DNA from: Parcubacteria group bacterium Greene0714_7
GTDB taxonomy: Bacteria > Patescibacteriota > Minisyncoccia > Phycocordibacterales > Phycocordibacteraceae
Direction of reading: 5' to 3'
NCBI GenBank assembly: GCA_007378985.1
Contig: VMHB01000004.1
Span: 1,012-64,474, forward strand
DNA length: 63,463 nt
Shown one piece after another: positions 53,806 to 63,450 of the stretch. Position numbers and translations under genes: made by a program. How positions within the stretch are numbered: position 1 is the first letter of the stretch; every line of letters begins with the position of its first letter. The notes beneath the pieces are model-generated. The model was not told where the DNA came from. It did not search any database and saw nothing but the letters and a program-made list of their open reading frames with translations.

Positions 53806-56219
53806 TTAGAACAACTTGGTACTGAGGGCCTTGCGGAGCACTGATGTATTGCACATCCCCAAACTCGCCGTACTCAACATCAAGGATGTCTTGATCAAAT
53901 GAGCCATCTTCGTTTTGCCCCACATGGTTCCCAAATGCGTCATACAGTTCGAGCGTTAGCGGGGAATGAAGGAAGAAGCGAAGTTTTTTCTTACTGCTGG
54001 GAATATTAGGAGACTCATTAGATACCGTAACAGGAATAATAGATACATCTTGTAGAAGATTATAAATAAAATTTTCCAAATCCTGAATCTCCAAAAGATT
54101 ACCGTGATCATTTTTTATTGGAGGACTAAGGTCAATCCAATATCTTTTCACATTCTCAGTGCTCGTGCTCATCATAAGAGCACTCGGAACGGGCACGACT
54201 CCATCGCCGTCTTCAACAATCAGTGGACGATATGCCCTTGGATTTAGAGCAGTGAAGGCACTCACCTGTGGTGCATCGTAAAATTCAATACCCCGCCACA
54301 GTATCTTTCCCCCACCCAGCAATTTGATACACGGTAATATTTTCTGGTGGCACCCATACATCAAGATTGTCGTGAAGAGACTTAGCATAGTCAACAAGCG
54401 TTGAATTTAAAACACTTGCTTTGCCAATTTGACTTGAAAGCGGTTTCTCCCTTCCGCCGTCTCGCGCGAGCAAAAAATCATCGAGCTCTGTTTTGTTGTC
54501 AATTATCAAGCCATACGCAGTTCGTTCTTTTTCAAAAGCTCTTTCACCATCAAAAATAACAACAGGGTGATTAATGTCTTTCGTGTCATCGAAGTACTGC
54601 TGTGACGGAAGCAAGTGGTATCCCATTGGAGAATTTTCGGCAAACTCACGCGCAGTTGAAGCCTTCACTACGAATGGAAAAAAGTCCGGTATCCCCTCTC
54701 TGTAGCCGTACAGAAGCGAACCAATACTTTGTGGTGCCCCGCTTTGCGGAACACCCACCAAAATAATCTTATCTACTAACTTTTGAGCCTCTGCGTCTCC
54801 AAGCTGTTCTAGTAATGCTTTCGTTACTAATCCACCATTTGAATGCGCCACAATGGTCACTTTTCCTGTTTGCGATTGTGATGCAAGTGCTCGGAGCGTC
54901 TGAGTAATATAGGGCGTTGAGGTGGCCGTGCCATAAAAAATCCTTCCATCAACTTCGGCACCATTTGCAAGAATATCGTCCAAAGAAAGGCGCCAGTCGT
55001 ATGCAACAGACTGCCAGTCTTCTATATCTCCACTACTCTCCAGAGCATCCATATCAGCAATGAAAGATTTGTAATAATCCTTTCCTCCTGCTGAATCAAG
55101 AATGCTCCCCTCTTTCACATATACATTTCCGATGCTCTTGCCGTTTGAATCGAGTGACATGCCTCGTACATCATCGTTTCCTTCAAACAAGTCCGGTTCC
55201 CATAACTTATTTTCCGAGCCATCAGTCTCCACATAGAGACGACTCCCTTTAATGCCAGGCAAAAACAGGACACTCGAACAGCACTTCTGAAACTCAGTTG
55301 GAGAAAATGGCGTGGTTTGAATAATGGAGGCATCTCCATCAATGGTGCCGTAGAAAGAAACATATGTTGAATCGTCAGGTATATCTCCTGCACACCCAAC
55401 ACAAGAGAGTGCAACATCGTTTTCGTCGTCCCACAACACAAAGTGGGTCGACGAGGTCATACGAAATGAAAAATAGCGTATGTATGGCGTGAAAGTGGTA
55501 TCGGGCGACAGTGATAAATAGTCGGGTGCATTTGTCACACACGAATCATCAGCTACCAAGACTGAGGTACGAAAAGCTCTCCCATCGTTATAGGGAGTCT
55601 TCAATCTCAAATGAACACGAAGTAGCCCGTCTACATACTCTGCACTTTCTGATGAGTCAAAATAATATCCACTTGCGCTCCCTGCACTGCAAGGAGTGGT
55701 TTTTTCTGTTGAGTTTTGAAATGAAGGAGGCTCTGCATCTTTTTGTATGTTCAGAGTTTTTGAGGTAAAAACACTCCCACCATTATCTATAGTTCCTTCA
55801 AAAGCGATTCTCGTATAGAGAGGTACTGCGGGTATGTCAAAGCCAGTCACAATTGCTTCATTTTGATCATCCCATACATCAAAGTGCTCGCCAGAAATAA
55901 AACGAATACTCCAATTCGTCACTCCAGTAGGCAGACTTATAGAAACAAACGAGCTCGTGGAAGTTAGCGGATTACATTCATCGTCGAGATATGACCAACG
56001 AAGGCTAAAAGAACGCCCATCTGCATACTCAGGTAAATTATGAAAACTATAAATCAAATAGTCACCGTCTGAATACGCAATATTTTCGTACGAATCAAAG
56101 AAATACCCGCTGGCGGAAAGAGAAGACAGTCCACATGGTGCAGTGTCAGCAAATACTGGTGTAGGGAAAAAGATAGAAACGAAAAATAGAACGACAATTG
56201 TCGCCGCAGTTCTCTTCAC
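53792..56219 (-). pseudogene. Large secreted alpha/beta-hydrolase (lipase/PGAP1-LCAT-like) split by a 1-nt frameshift at 54291-54294
   Basis: Signal peptide and two ~130-aa N-terminal repeats. VTIVAHSNGG nucleophile elbow in ORF 54285..56219. DGDGVVP in ORF 53792..54397. Reading ..GKDTVAG|IEFYDAPQ joins the two. Confidence 0.6.
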
Positions 56220-56283
56220 CCCTACATCTTCTTCCTCTGGTGGAAATATGCCACCCGTTCCTCCACAATTAAGTGGAAAACCT

Positions 56284-56325
56284 CGATATAGTTTAATCTA
56301 ACGATCGTTAAATTATACTATACAA
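56284..56325. promoter_or_regulatory. Palindrome B3 (copy of B2, outer 3' end degenerate)
   Basis: Lies 65 nt upstream of the ATG at 56219. Confidence 0.5.
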
Positions 56326-56382
56326 TCAGATAATGTAATTTTTATTCTTGTATAAATATATACAAATAAAAATGAGTAGTTA

Positions 56383-56904
56383 TTACAGCGTGACGAAAAC
56401 TTTATTTTTTATGAGAGTGTAGACCTCTTCTGGATTCAAGTTAGTGGTATCTACCACCGTTGCTCCTAATCTTTCTTTTCGAAACTGTTCTGAACTCTCC
56501 CACAGCTCCTCCACTTTTTTTGGAGTAAGCAAACTGTCAGGACTGTACCCTCTCTGCGCTGCACGCTCAATTACTTTTTCCTTCTCTGCGGTCAACACGA
56601 ACTCATGAATCTCTGCACCATACTTTGCTCCGAGCAGAGTTATGGCGTCAAGAATTTCTGGAGCATCCAAAAGTACTTTATCAACAATGACACTGTTGCC
56701 AGTTTTTAAATACGACTCAATGGCGTCCGTTGTGTATTGGTATGCAAGCTTCAAACTCTCATCGGTATGCTCTTTATAGGCACTAATGAATCTACGCCAT
56801 ACATCCACTTCAACTAAAAGCGATAGTGGAATTTCCCTGTGCAGCCGCTCTGCGACAGTAGACTTCCCCACTCCTGAAGGTCCATTTATAAGTATGAGTT
56901 TCAT
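56383..56904 (-). CDS. P-loop kinase (AAA_33/chloramphenicol-phosphotransferase-like)
   Basis: ILINGPSGVGKSTVAERL. Confidence 0.7.
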   Translation of the reverse strand: MKLILINGPSGVGKSTVAERLHREIPLSLLVEVDVWRRFISAYKEHTDESLKLAYQYTTDAIESYLKTGNSVIVDKVLLDAPEILDAITLLGAKYGAEIHEFVLTAEKEKVIERAAQRGYSPDSLLTPKKVEELWESSEQFRKERLGATVVDTTNLNPEEVYTLIKNKVFVTL

Positions 56905-56940
56905 AGCTCTTTAAGATAGCCACTCTCAAGCATATCCCGC

Positions 56941-57399
56941 TTACTTTTTATTCTCAACTAAGTCGATAGCTTTCTTCCCATAAAATGCAACATTGCTTTG
57001 TAAATCACTCATTGCATCAATATCTTCTTTGGTACACCATCTCCATTCGTCAGTTGCTTTTTCAGGAATTATTTGGTCGGTAGTTGCAGTGGCGAAATAA
57101 ATCAGCGACACATGTTCGTGTGTATCAGAAATGCTGTGGCGATTCATTGAAATGGGTGGGATGAGTTCTTTTATTTTTGCATCTCCTTGATATTCTCTAG
57201 TGTCATAAAGTTCAACGGTGAGCCCCACTTCCTCTTGTGCCTCCCGAAGCGCTGCTTGATTGGGATCTTCATTAAGTTCAATGTGTCCACCGACAGAAAG
57301 CCAAATGCCATATTTGTCATGCTTTCTTAAAAGCACTTTCCCATTGAAGACTACAAATACCTCAACGGTAAAATCAATTTGCTCGTGTAGGTGGGGCAT
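56941..57399 (-). CDS. NUDIX hydrolase
   Basis: GGHIELNEDPNQAALREAQEEVGL. Confidence 0.85.
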   Translation of the reverse strand: MPHLHEQIDFTVEVFVVFNGKVLLRKHDKYGIWLSVGGHIELNEDPNQAALREAQEEVGLTVELYDTREYQGDAKIKELIPPISMNRHSISDTHEHVSLIYFATATTDQIIPEKATDEWRWCTKEDIDAMSDLQSNVAFYGKKAIDLVENKK

Positions 57400-57404
57400 G
57401 ATTT

Positions 57405-58091
57405 TTACACTTCAACAGTAGCTGATATTGGTAGATGATCAGAACCTTTTGAACTCTCTATTTTTGAAGTGATAGTTTGAACATCTGGGCTCGTAAAAAT
57501 ATAATCCAACCGTGTATCTATTTTTTGTGGATTACAAACAAGACATCCTTCAGGGTACACGCTCCATGTGGGAGCTGAGGTAGTGTCTGTGTCAGTAAGT
57601 GCTGAGCGCATTTTTTGTAGAGCAATACTTTCAGGAGTTGCATTAAAATCCCCCATAACAATTACCCTCTCTTGAGGAAGAACCTTTAATAAATTTTCCG
57701 CCTGCAATTCTTGAACGCTAGAGGGCTGTTGATGTGTGTGAAGAAGGTGAACGGAAAACACATGTATTGTTTTTCCATCCACTGTGACGTCGGCTTGCAC
57801 GGCAATACGTTTATTTTCTTCAGAAAGCACATGAACCGCACTGCTTACAATTGGATACTTACTAAAAACAGCATTGCCCATTTCTTCCTTCTCACCACTT
57901 GAAAGCCTTGCGGGAGCATACACATGTTCGTAGCCGAGTGATGTCAGAAATTCAATGATTGGAATGCTTTTACTGAATGGAAGAACTTCCTGCAGACCAA
58001 CAATGTCCGCCTCTGAGAACTTCAGAAATTCTGCAATTTCATCAAAATGTCCTTCGTCCCATATGTTCCAAGAGAGTACTTTTAATTGCAT
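57405..58091 (-). CDS. Endonuclease/exonuclease/phosphatase (EEP) family protein
   Basis: LKVLSWNIW, GLQEV, GDFN, SDHLP. Confidence 0.8.
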   Translation of the reverse strand: MQLKVLSWNIWDEGHFDEIAEFLKFSEADIVGLQEVLPFSKSIPIIEFLTSLGYEHVYAPARLSSGEKEEMGNAVFSKYPIVSSAVHVLSEENKRIAVQADVTVDGKTIHVFSVHLLHTHQQPSSVQELQAENLLKVLPQERVIVMGDFNATPESIALQKMRSALTDTDTTSAPTWSVYPEGCLVCNPQKIDTRLDYIFTSPDVQTITSKIESSKGSDHLPISATVEV

Positions 58092-58109
58092 AGGTTATAG
58101 TATGCACTA

Positions 58110-58451
58110 ATGCAAACACATACGGGAGGATGCCACTGCAAAGCGGTGCGTTATGAAGTTGAAACAGATCTTGAAAAAGTGTTGACTTGTAATTGCTCTC
58201 ACTGTGAGGCCAAAGGACTTCTTTTAAACTTCGTAGATGTAGATAAATTTAAGCTCCTCTCAGGAGAAGACCAGCTGACCGAGTATCGATTTAACAAAAA
58301 GGCCATCCGCCATTTATTCTGTAAAACATGCGGAGTTCAGTCTTTTTCAGAAGGAGTTGAGTTTCCAAAGGTTGCCATCAATGTGCGTTGTCTTGATGAC
58401 ATTGATATCTCAACACTTACACCGATCCCTTTCAATGGGAAAGAGTACTAG
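58110..58451 (+). CDS. GFA/CENP-V family zinc protein
   Basis: GGCHCKAVRYEV, CNCSHC, CKTCG. Confidence 0.8.
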   Translation: MQTHTGGCHCKAVRYEVETDLEKVLTCNCSHCEAKGLLLNFVDVDKFKLLSGEDQLTEYRFNKKAIRHLFCKTCGVQSFSEGVEFPKVAINVRCLDDIDISTLTPIPFNGKEY

Positions 58452-58456
58452 ACTAG

Positions 58457-58711
58457 CTACTCTTTCTTCTTACCCCACTGCCAGCTAGGCTTCTCCCCTT
58501 TTACATAGGCGATGCGAATCAGCGTCGCAGTTAAGAGTGCAACAGGAAGGAGGAATGTGAACACAATTTCCTCTGGGGGCGAATTCTTATCAAGTGTGAA
58601 GGCAAACAAAACTGCTAGTAGCACGTATCCCAAAGTGACCGTCCACCCCTGCCATGTTACTGGGTACCAACCCCAACCGTACTCCTTTGCTTTAAACCAT
58701 TTCTGCGTCAT
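58457..58711 (-). CDS. Small membrane protein
   Basis: 84 aa with two TM segments. Confidence 0.45.
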   Translation of the reverse strand: MTQKWFKAKEYGWGWYPVTWQGWTVTLGYVLLAVLFAFTLDKNSPPEEIVFTFLLPVALLTATLIRIAYVKGEKPSWQWGKKKE

Positions 58712-58741
58712 TGAGTAAGTGTAGCAAAAGAGTATGCTAAA

Positions 58742-59269
58742 TCATGAAAGACGACGAGTATTGAATTCGCGCTCATGCTCGCGGGGCATTTTTGCTTTTA
58801 CTAATTCCCCAACCTCATTGAGTACAAAAATAACATCAAAGCCATCATCTATTTGTGGAGGGAATTTCTTGAGATGATTAACTCGACCATCAAATAGTTT
58901 TCGAGTTGTCTTTTCTTCGGCGCTCCGCGCTTGAACACGTGTCCACGCATGTTCTTCTGGAGTATCAACAAATATTCCCTGTATTCTCCTCACACCATTC
59001 GCTCGTGCGAATGCAATAAGCTCTCGTCGATATCCATTAAGAAAAGTGCCATCAAGGACTATGGTCTTACCTCTACGATAGAGTTCGAGCATACGCGAGC
59101 CTATATGTTCAAATACTTCTGGGGTTGATGACTCTGCACGACTGAGGCCAAACATCTCCCGAACCGTGTCAAAACTTATATATTCATAGGAGTATTTTTC
59201 GGCGAATTTAGTGAGATTAGTCGATTTGCCAGAGCCCGGAAGTCCCATTCCCACCATCAGTTTTGCCAT
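58742..59269 (-). CDS. P-loop kinase (AAA_33/polynucleotide-kinase-like)
   Basis: GMGLPGSGKST. Confidence 0.7.
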   Translation of the reverse strand: MAKLMVGMGLPGSGKSTNLTKFAEKYSYEYISFDTVREMFGLSRAESSTPEVFEHIGSRMLELYRRGKTIVLDGTFLNGYRRELIAFARANGVRRIQGIFVDTPEEHAWTRVQARSAEEKTTRKLFDGRVNHLKKFPPQIDDGFDVIFVLNEVGELVKAKMPREHEREFNTRRLS

Positions 59270-59349
59270 ATGCCTACCCTAATGTACTTAGTGGAGATAG
59301 GCAAGGAAACTTAAATCTACACTAAAAGATTGAGATTACTCTCCCAACC

Positions 59350-60408
59350 CTAACGTTCTAGCGTTTCTTCAATACGCTTCTTTTCTGCTTCAGATTTCAA
59401 TTCCTCATCTTTCTTATTTTTTTCAGTTTCCTGCTTTTGAGTTTCGTCTAAACGTTCAGACTCCTTCTTTATGTCCTCAAGGGATGACTTTGCTTGCTTG
59501 GCAAATCGCTCAGCTCCAACAAAGTCGCCTTTTAGAAAAAGTTCCTTTGCTTGTACCAACAAGCCATTAAATTTTTCAAAGGACGATGCTGGTATTTGAA
59601 CTCCCTCTTTTTGCATTTCTACGTCAATCTCGCGACGTTTCTTCTCAGCTTCTCCGATTTGTTTTTGGGCTTCTGTACTTGACGTATCAATCTCATCCGA
59701 TTCATCCTCATCCTTCTCCTCCTTTTCTGTCGCCTCTTGTTCCTCTTTCTGTTCAATCTCCTCCTTTTTTTGATCAGCTTCGTTCATTTCTTGTTCTATT
59801 TTTTTTTGCTCATTTTGAAGAGAATTTTCAAGTGCGTCCTTTTTCTGCCCCATCGCATCAATGCGTCCATCAATATCCTTAAGTCGTGCTTCCAGTAAGG
59901 CTACTTGAGCAGTGTCTCCAATACGACGTGCCTCAGTAAGAAGGGTGGTGGTAATTTCTTTACGCTGTTCACGCAACTCTGCTTTTGCTTCTTTGAAAGT
60001 TTGATCCAAAAGCATATCCCGTGCATCAAATTCATCATTCAGCGTTTTGGCAAGAGTGGTAACGTCTTTACCTGATGTTTTTTCTGCGCTTATAATTTCC
60101 GCGGCATACGCTACATTAGCTAGGAGAAGCGACTCGGCTATCGCAAGTCCCTTGGTATCAACGCCCTTTTTTTCAACCATGATTTTAATCTCCGCAATAC
60201 GTTCTCCCGCAAACTCAATTTGAAGTTTAGCTTTTGCCTCGGGATTGAAGGTAAAAAATTGTCGTAGATTTTCTCCCAAGCGGTCAAGGAAATAGAAAGA
60301 GCTTTCTGGTGTAAGTCCTGCCGACGGAAGTGTGACTTGTGGACTTTGAGCAAAGGCAAAAAACGGGATGAGAAATAAAAATACCGCGAATAGTTTTATT
60401 GTTTTCAT
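59350..60408 (-). CDS. Secreted Glu/Lys-rich coiled-coil protein (DUF5667-like N-terminus)
   Basis: Signal peptide, LTPESSFYFLDRLGENL, then a long charged helical region. Confidence 0.5.
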   Translation of the reverse strand: MKTIKLFAVFLFLIPFFAFAQSPQVTLPSAGLTPESSFYFLDRLGENLRQFFTFNPEAKAKLQIEFAGERIAEIKIMVEKKGVDTKGLAIAESLLLANVAYAAEIISAEKTSGKDVTTLAKTLNDEFDARDMLLDQTFKEAKAELREQRKEITTTLLTEARRIGDTAQVALLEARLKDIDGRIDAMGQKKDALENSLQNEQKKIEQEMNEADQKKEEIEQKEEQEATEKEEKDEDESDEIDTSSTEAQKQIGEAEKKRREIDVEMQKEGVQIPASSFEKFNGLLVQAKELFLKGDFVGAERFAKQAKSSLEDIKKESERLDETQKQETEKNKKDEELKSEAEKKRIEETLER

Positions 60409-60454
60409 GATACCTACACTGTATCAGGAAAATACCCGATACCATTTTCAACAC

Positions 60455-61123
60455 CTATTGAGAGTTTTCTTCAATGGCACGTTCAAATAAGTCTGGCTTC
60501 GGTGGATGATACTCATTCATGAAGCTGACAAATTCAGGCTCACTCATTGCTACTCGTGGATTCGTACGAAGTTCGTCGCCAAGGAGTATCTGATTTCTCC
60601 CCCTATAATCATGCCCTGGTCTGAGGAGTGTTTCGGGCGGCAGAGATCCAAGGGCACTATGTAAGCTCTGGTACAGTGCATCACTACTGCCAACCTGAAA
60701 ATCAGTCCTCCCTGTGCCACCAATAAGCAATGCGTCTCCAGTGAATACTTCTGCACCATTGTAAATAGAAATGCTTTCATTAGTGTGCCCTGGTGTTGAA
60801 ATAACGTGTAGTCCGACATCCCCGAGCAACAGCTCTTCTCCCCCACTGACGACCACATCTTTGGTACGTGAAGGGGCGTTCACATGACGCACGATGAGTG
60901 CGTCTGTCATCTTTTGTATTTCTTTTGCCGACGATATATGGTCAGCATGCGTGTGTGTCTCTATGATGTAGCGGAGTGTCAAACCATATTCTTGTAAGAA
61001 ATCCACATACGCTTCAGATGTCATCTCTGCCGATGGGTCAATGAGGGCGGCTTCTTTTGACTTCAGATCATAGGTGATGTAGGAAAGACATCCGCGTTCT
61101 GTATGAAAGTGTTGTGTGTTCAT
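60455..61123 (-). CDS. MBL-fold hydrolase, persulfide-dioxygenase (ETHE1/Blh)-like
   Basis: THTHADHIS. Start placed at MNTQHFHT. Sulfur-operon context. Confidence 0.75.
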   Translation of the reverse strand: MNTQHFHTERGCLSYITYDLKSKEAALIDPSAEMTSEAYVDFLQEYGLTLRYIIETHTHADHISSAKEIQKMTDALIVRHVNAPSRTKDVVVSGGEELLLGDVGLHVISTPGHTNESISIYNGAEVFTGDALLIGGTGRTDFQVGSSDALYQSLHSALGSLPPETLLRPGHDYRGRNQILLGDELRTNPRVAMSEPEFVSFMNEYHPPKPDLFERAIEENSQ

Positions 61124-61155
61124 GTTGCAATTAATTATCGTGATACATGCCGTGC

Positions 61156-61482
61156 CTATGCCATTGGTAACCCAAGCGACTTCCACAAATGAGTACCCCC
61201 AGGCACATTGACGGCACGCACCCCTTGAGAAGCAAGGTGTAGAGTGGCCTGTGCACTGCGACCGCCCGATTGGCAAATAACATACACTTCTTCGAATTCT
61301 TCAAATCGAGTAGCGTGGTGATCACCAAGTGTGTGAAGTGGAATATTTTGTGCGCCCTTTGCATGTCCAGCTTCATATTCTTCTTCGGTGCGAACATCAA
61401 TAAAGCCGATGTTTTCCTGCTCTGCCTTTTTTGCTATCTCATGAAGTAGAGCAGAATTGTCTTCAGTAAGGAAATTAAACAT
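61156..61482 (-). CDS. Rhodanese-domain protein
   Basis: FIDVRTEEEYEAGHAKGAQNIP, CQSGGRS. Confidence 0.85.
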   Translation of the reverse strand: MFNFLTEDNSALLHEIAKKAEQENIGFIDVRTEEEYEAGHAKGAQNIPLHTLGDHHATRFEEFEEVYVICQSGGRSAQATLHLASQGVRAVNVPGGTHLWKSLGLPMA

Positions 61483-61511
61483 AGATGTACAAATTAATAA
61501 CTAATAAAATA

Positions 61512-61898
61512 TTAGAGAGTGCCACCAATCGCGACAACATCTTCTATACCGCCGAGATCCTCCACGGTGTACCCAGCTTTCTTCAGAATAGTGGTGGCTT
61601 GTGCTGAGCGATTACCACTCTGACAATACACATATATCGTCTTGTCTGTGCCAATGTTTGGCAAAGCACCAGATTGAATCTCCTGTAACGGGAGGTTGCT
61701 CGCCCCATCAATATGACCGGCAGCATATTCACTTGGGGTGCGCACATCGAGCAGAAGAGCCCCACCAATCACGGCTTCTTGTATTTGGGCAAACCGATGA
61801 GTCTCCGCATTCGCAGATAGTTGGTCAGGTTTTTGAACAAACACCAATGCCCCAAGAGCTACTACTGCTACCACTATGACAATAGGTGTGTATCGCAT
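61512..61898 (-). CDS. Membrane-anchored/secreted rhodanese-domain protein
   Basis: N-terminal TM segment, LLDVRTPSEYAAGHIDGASNLP, CQSGNRS. Confidence 0.85.
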   Translation of the reverse strand: MRYTPIVIVVAVVALGALVFVQKPDQLSANAETHRFAQIQEAVIGGALLLDVRTPSEYAAGHIDGASNLPLQEIQSGALPNIGTDKTIYVYCQSGNRSAQATTILKKAGYTVEDLGGIEDVVAIGGTL

Positions 61899-61905
61899 AT
61901 ATGTT

Positions 61906-62172
61906 TTATTTTTTTATGCGTATAAAACTAAGCAGATTCCGACTCAGGCGCGCAGCTTGCGGATACACTAAGTAGTAATAAATTTCTTTTCCGTCGCGTT
62001 TAGTGGCAACGACGCCTGCGGTTCGTAATTTTTTCAGATGTTGTGACACCGCTGATTGAGATAAGCCACAATTTTTCACCAGTTGGGCGACATTTCGCTC
62101 CTTACGCGATAAACAGATAATAAGGTTTAAACGCACCGTGTTAGAAAATGCAGAAAGCATTATTTGTTTCAT
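61906..62172 (-). CDS. ArsR/SmtB-family transcriptional regulator
   Basis: RLNLIICLSRKERNVAQLVKNCGLSQSAVSQHLKKLRTAGVV. Confidence 0.85.
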   Translation of the reverse strand: MKQIMLSAFSNTVRLNLIICLSRKERNVAQLVKNCGLSQSAVSQHLKKLRTAGVVATKRDGKEIYYYLVYPQAARLSRNLLSFIRIKK

Positions 62173-62176
62173 GCAG

Positions 62177-62200
62177 ACATATTAGCAAATACTAATATGT
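62177..62200. promoter_or_regulatory. Inverted repeat ACATATTAG-n6-CTAATATGT, candidate ArsR operator
   Basis: 9-bp perfect arms beginning 5 nt upstream of the ArsR ATG. Confidence 0.45.
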
Positions 62201-62257
62201 TGTCAAGTGCCTAGTGAGCTTCTATGAGCAGAAGATCGTGGCTGTCTCCATTTCCAA

Positions 62258-62866
62258 TTAATCACCCAAACCTATGCCTATAGTTTCAAGGTAATTACTG
62301 AAAGAAGAATTGTCGGTATACACAAATCCGCCCATGCCTAATGTGATTGCGCTATCTACATTTTCTTGACGGTCGTCGATAAAAAGTGACTCCCCTGCTG
62401 TGGATTGTATTCGCTTGAGGGAGAGTGAGTAGATATCTGTGTTCGGCTTCACCATACCCACCTCAGAAGAAATAACAATGTCGTCAAAGAGCTCTTTGAA
62501 TTCAGGGTGTGTTGGGTAGATTTTTCTCTCAAAGAAAGCGCTGTTACCGTTAGAGAGAAGCGCAGTTTTAAAACCAGTCTGTTTTAATTTTTTAATACTA
62601 TTCATTAAGTCTATATTTAGTTTCATATACGCATCAATTTCACCACGCAATTTTTCTTTTGTGGAATCTACACCCTCATACTTTAAAAAATATCCAACAA
62701 TGTCATCTTCCGATAAAACCCCGAGATCGAATTGCGTCAATACAGCACGCAAATTTGGATCAACAAAACCACTTTTTGTGCTCTGCGTGTTATACCAACC
62801 ACTCAATACAGGAGCACATATCACACCAAAGCAGTCGAAAATAATGGTGGTGATTTTTTGAGTCAT
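62258..62866 (-). CDS. HAD-superfamily hydrolase
   Basis: TIIFDCFGVIC, LLSNGN, FIDDRQENV. Confidence 0.8.
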   Translation of the reverse strand: MTQKITTIIFDCFGVICAPVLSGWYNTQSTKSGFVDPNLRAVLTQFDLGVLSEDDIVGYFLKYEGVDSTKEKLRGEIDAYMKLNIDLMNSIKKLKQTGFKTALLSNGNSAFFERKIYPTHPEFKELFDDIVISSEVGMVKPNTDIYSLSLKRIQSTAGESLFIDDRQENVDSAITLGMGGFVYTDNSSFSNYLETIGIGLGD

Positions 62867-63075
62867 AAAAATTTACTAACTTCGATGCGATTGTAACATC
62901 TATGACTTCTTGCGTTGCTATACGCAACACAGCGAAGCGAATTCGAGCTTTTTTATATTTATACTCGAGCGCTTCGCTTCGTGAAAATCTCGTCTTGGTG
63001 ATTTAGAAAATCATCCGCGACGTGAATTGAAGCTTTTTATAAAGCTTCGCTTTCTAAAAACATCAATTCAGCTGC

Positions 63076-63162
63076 GGGACCTGGACTCGCCTCTCGCACT
63101 GCTGTGCTCGAAACCTTCGCTCCCTCTCGATCGCTGCGGCCCGCGGTTCGAGTCCAGGTCCC
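63076..63162. repeat. 14-bp perfect inverted repeat GGGACCTGGACTCG/CGAGTCCAGGTCCC with a 59-nt spacer
   Basis: Read directly from the sequence. Lies in non-coding context. Confidence 0.8.
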
Positions 63163-63271
63163 TCACCTCGTCATTACATTTCTCGGCTGTGTCTCTTGAA
63201 CAAAATCCGAACCTTTTTCCAACAAAATCCCGATGTGGAATGAATCGTTCCGCCACTGCCTCGCTTCACTC

Positions 63272-63367
63272 GGCAACACCAAAGAAAAATGTTCCTTGCT
63301 CCTCTGATTTGGCGGTGGTGAAATTTTTCTTGAAAAAGGAAAGGACATTTTTCTTTGGTGTTCTGCC
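63272..63367. repeat. ~24-nt inverted repeat GGCAACACCAAAGAAAAATGTTCC / GGACATTTTTCTTTGGTGTTCTGCC
   Basis: 18 contiguous complementary positions plus flanks, with a 47-nt spacer. Confidence 0.8.
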
Positions 63368-63404
63368 CTCAAGGTCTCGGGCAGGTGGCGGAACAATGCG
63401 GACA

Positions 63405-63450
63405 AAGTTTTGGCAAAACTATTTTTTGGGGAAAGGATTTGCCAAAACTT
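63405..63450. repeat. 13-bp perfect inverted repeat AAGTTTTGGCAAA/TTTGCCAAAACTT with a 20-nt loop
   Basis: Read directly from the sequence. Confidence 0.8.

Noticed and set aside
58092-58109. 18-bp gap between the divergent EEP and GFA genes as a special bidirectional control element
   Set aside because: The gap is too short to evaluate. The promoters probably lie inside the neighbouring coding regions, and no repeat or palindrome is visible.
63141-63170. tRNA 3' half (GGTTCGAGTCC T-loop-like word followed by ..CCCTCACC)
   Set aside because: The flanking bases do not form a 5-bp T-stem. The segment is instead one arm of a 14-bp perfect long-range inverted repeat, and no D-arm or anticodon arm could be drawn.
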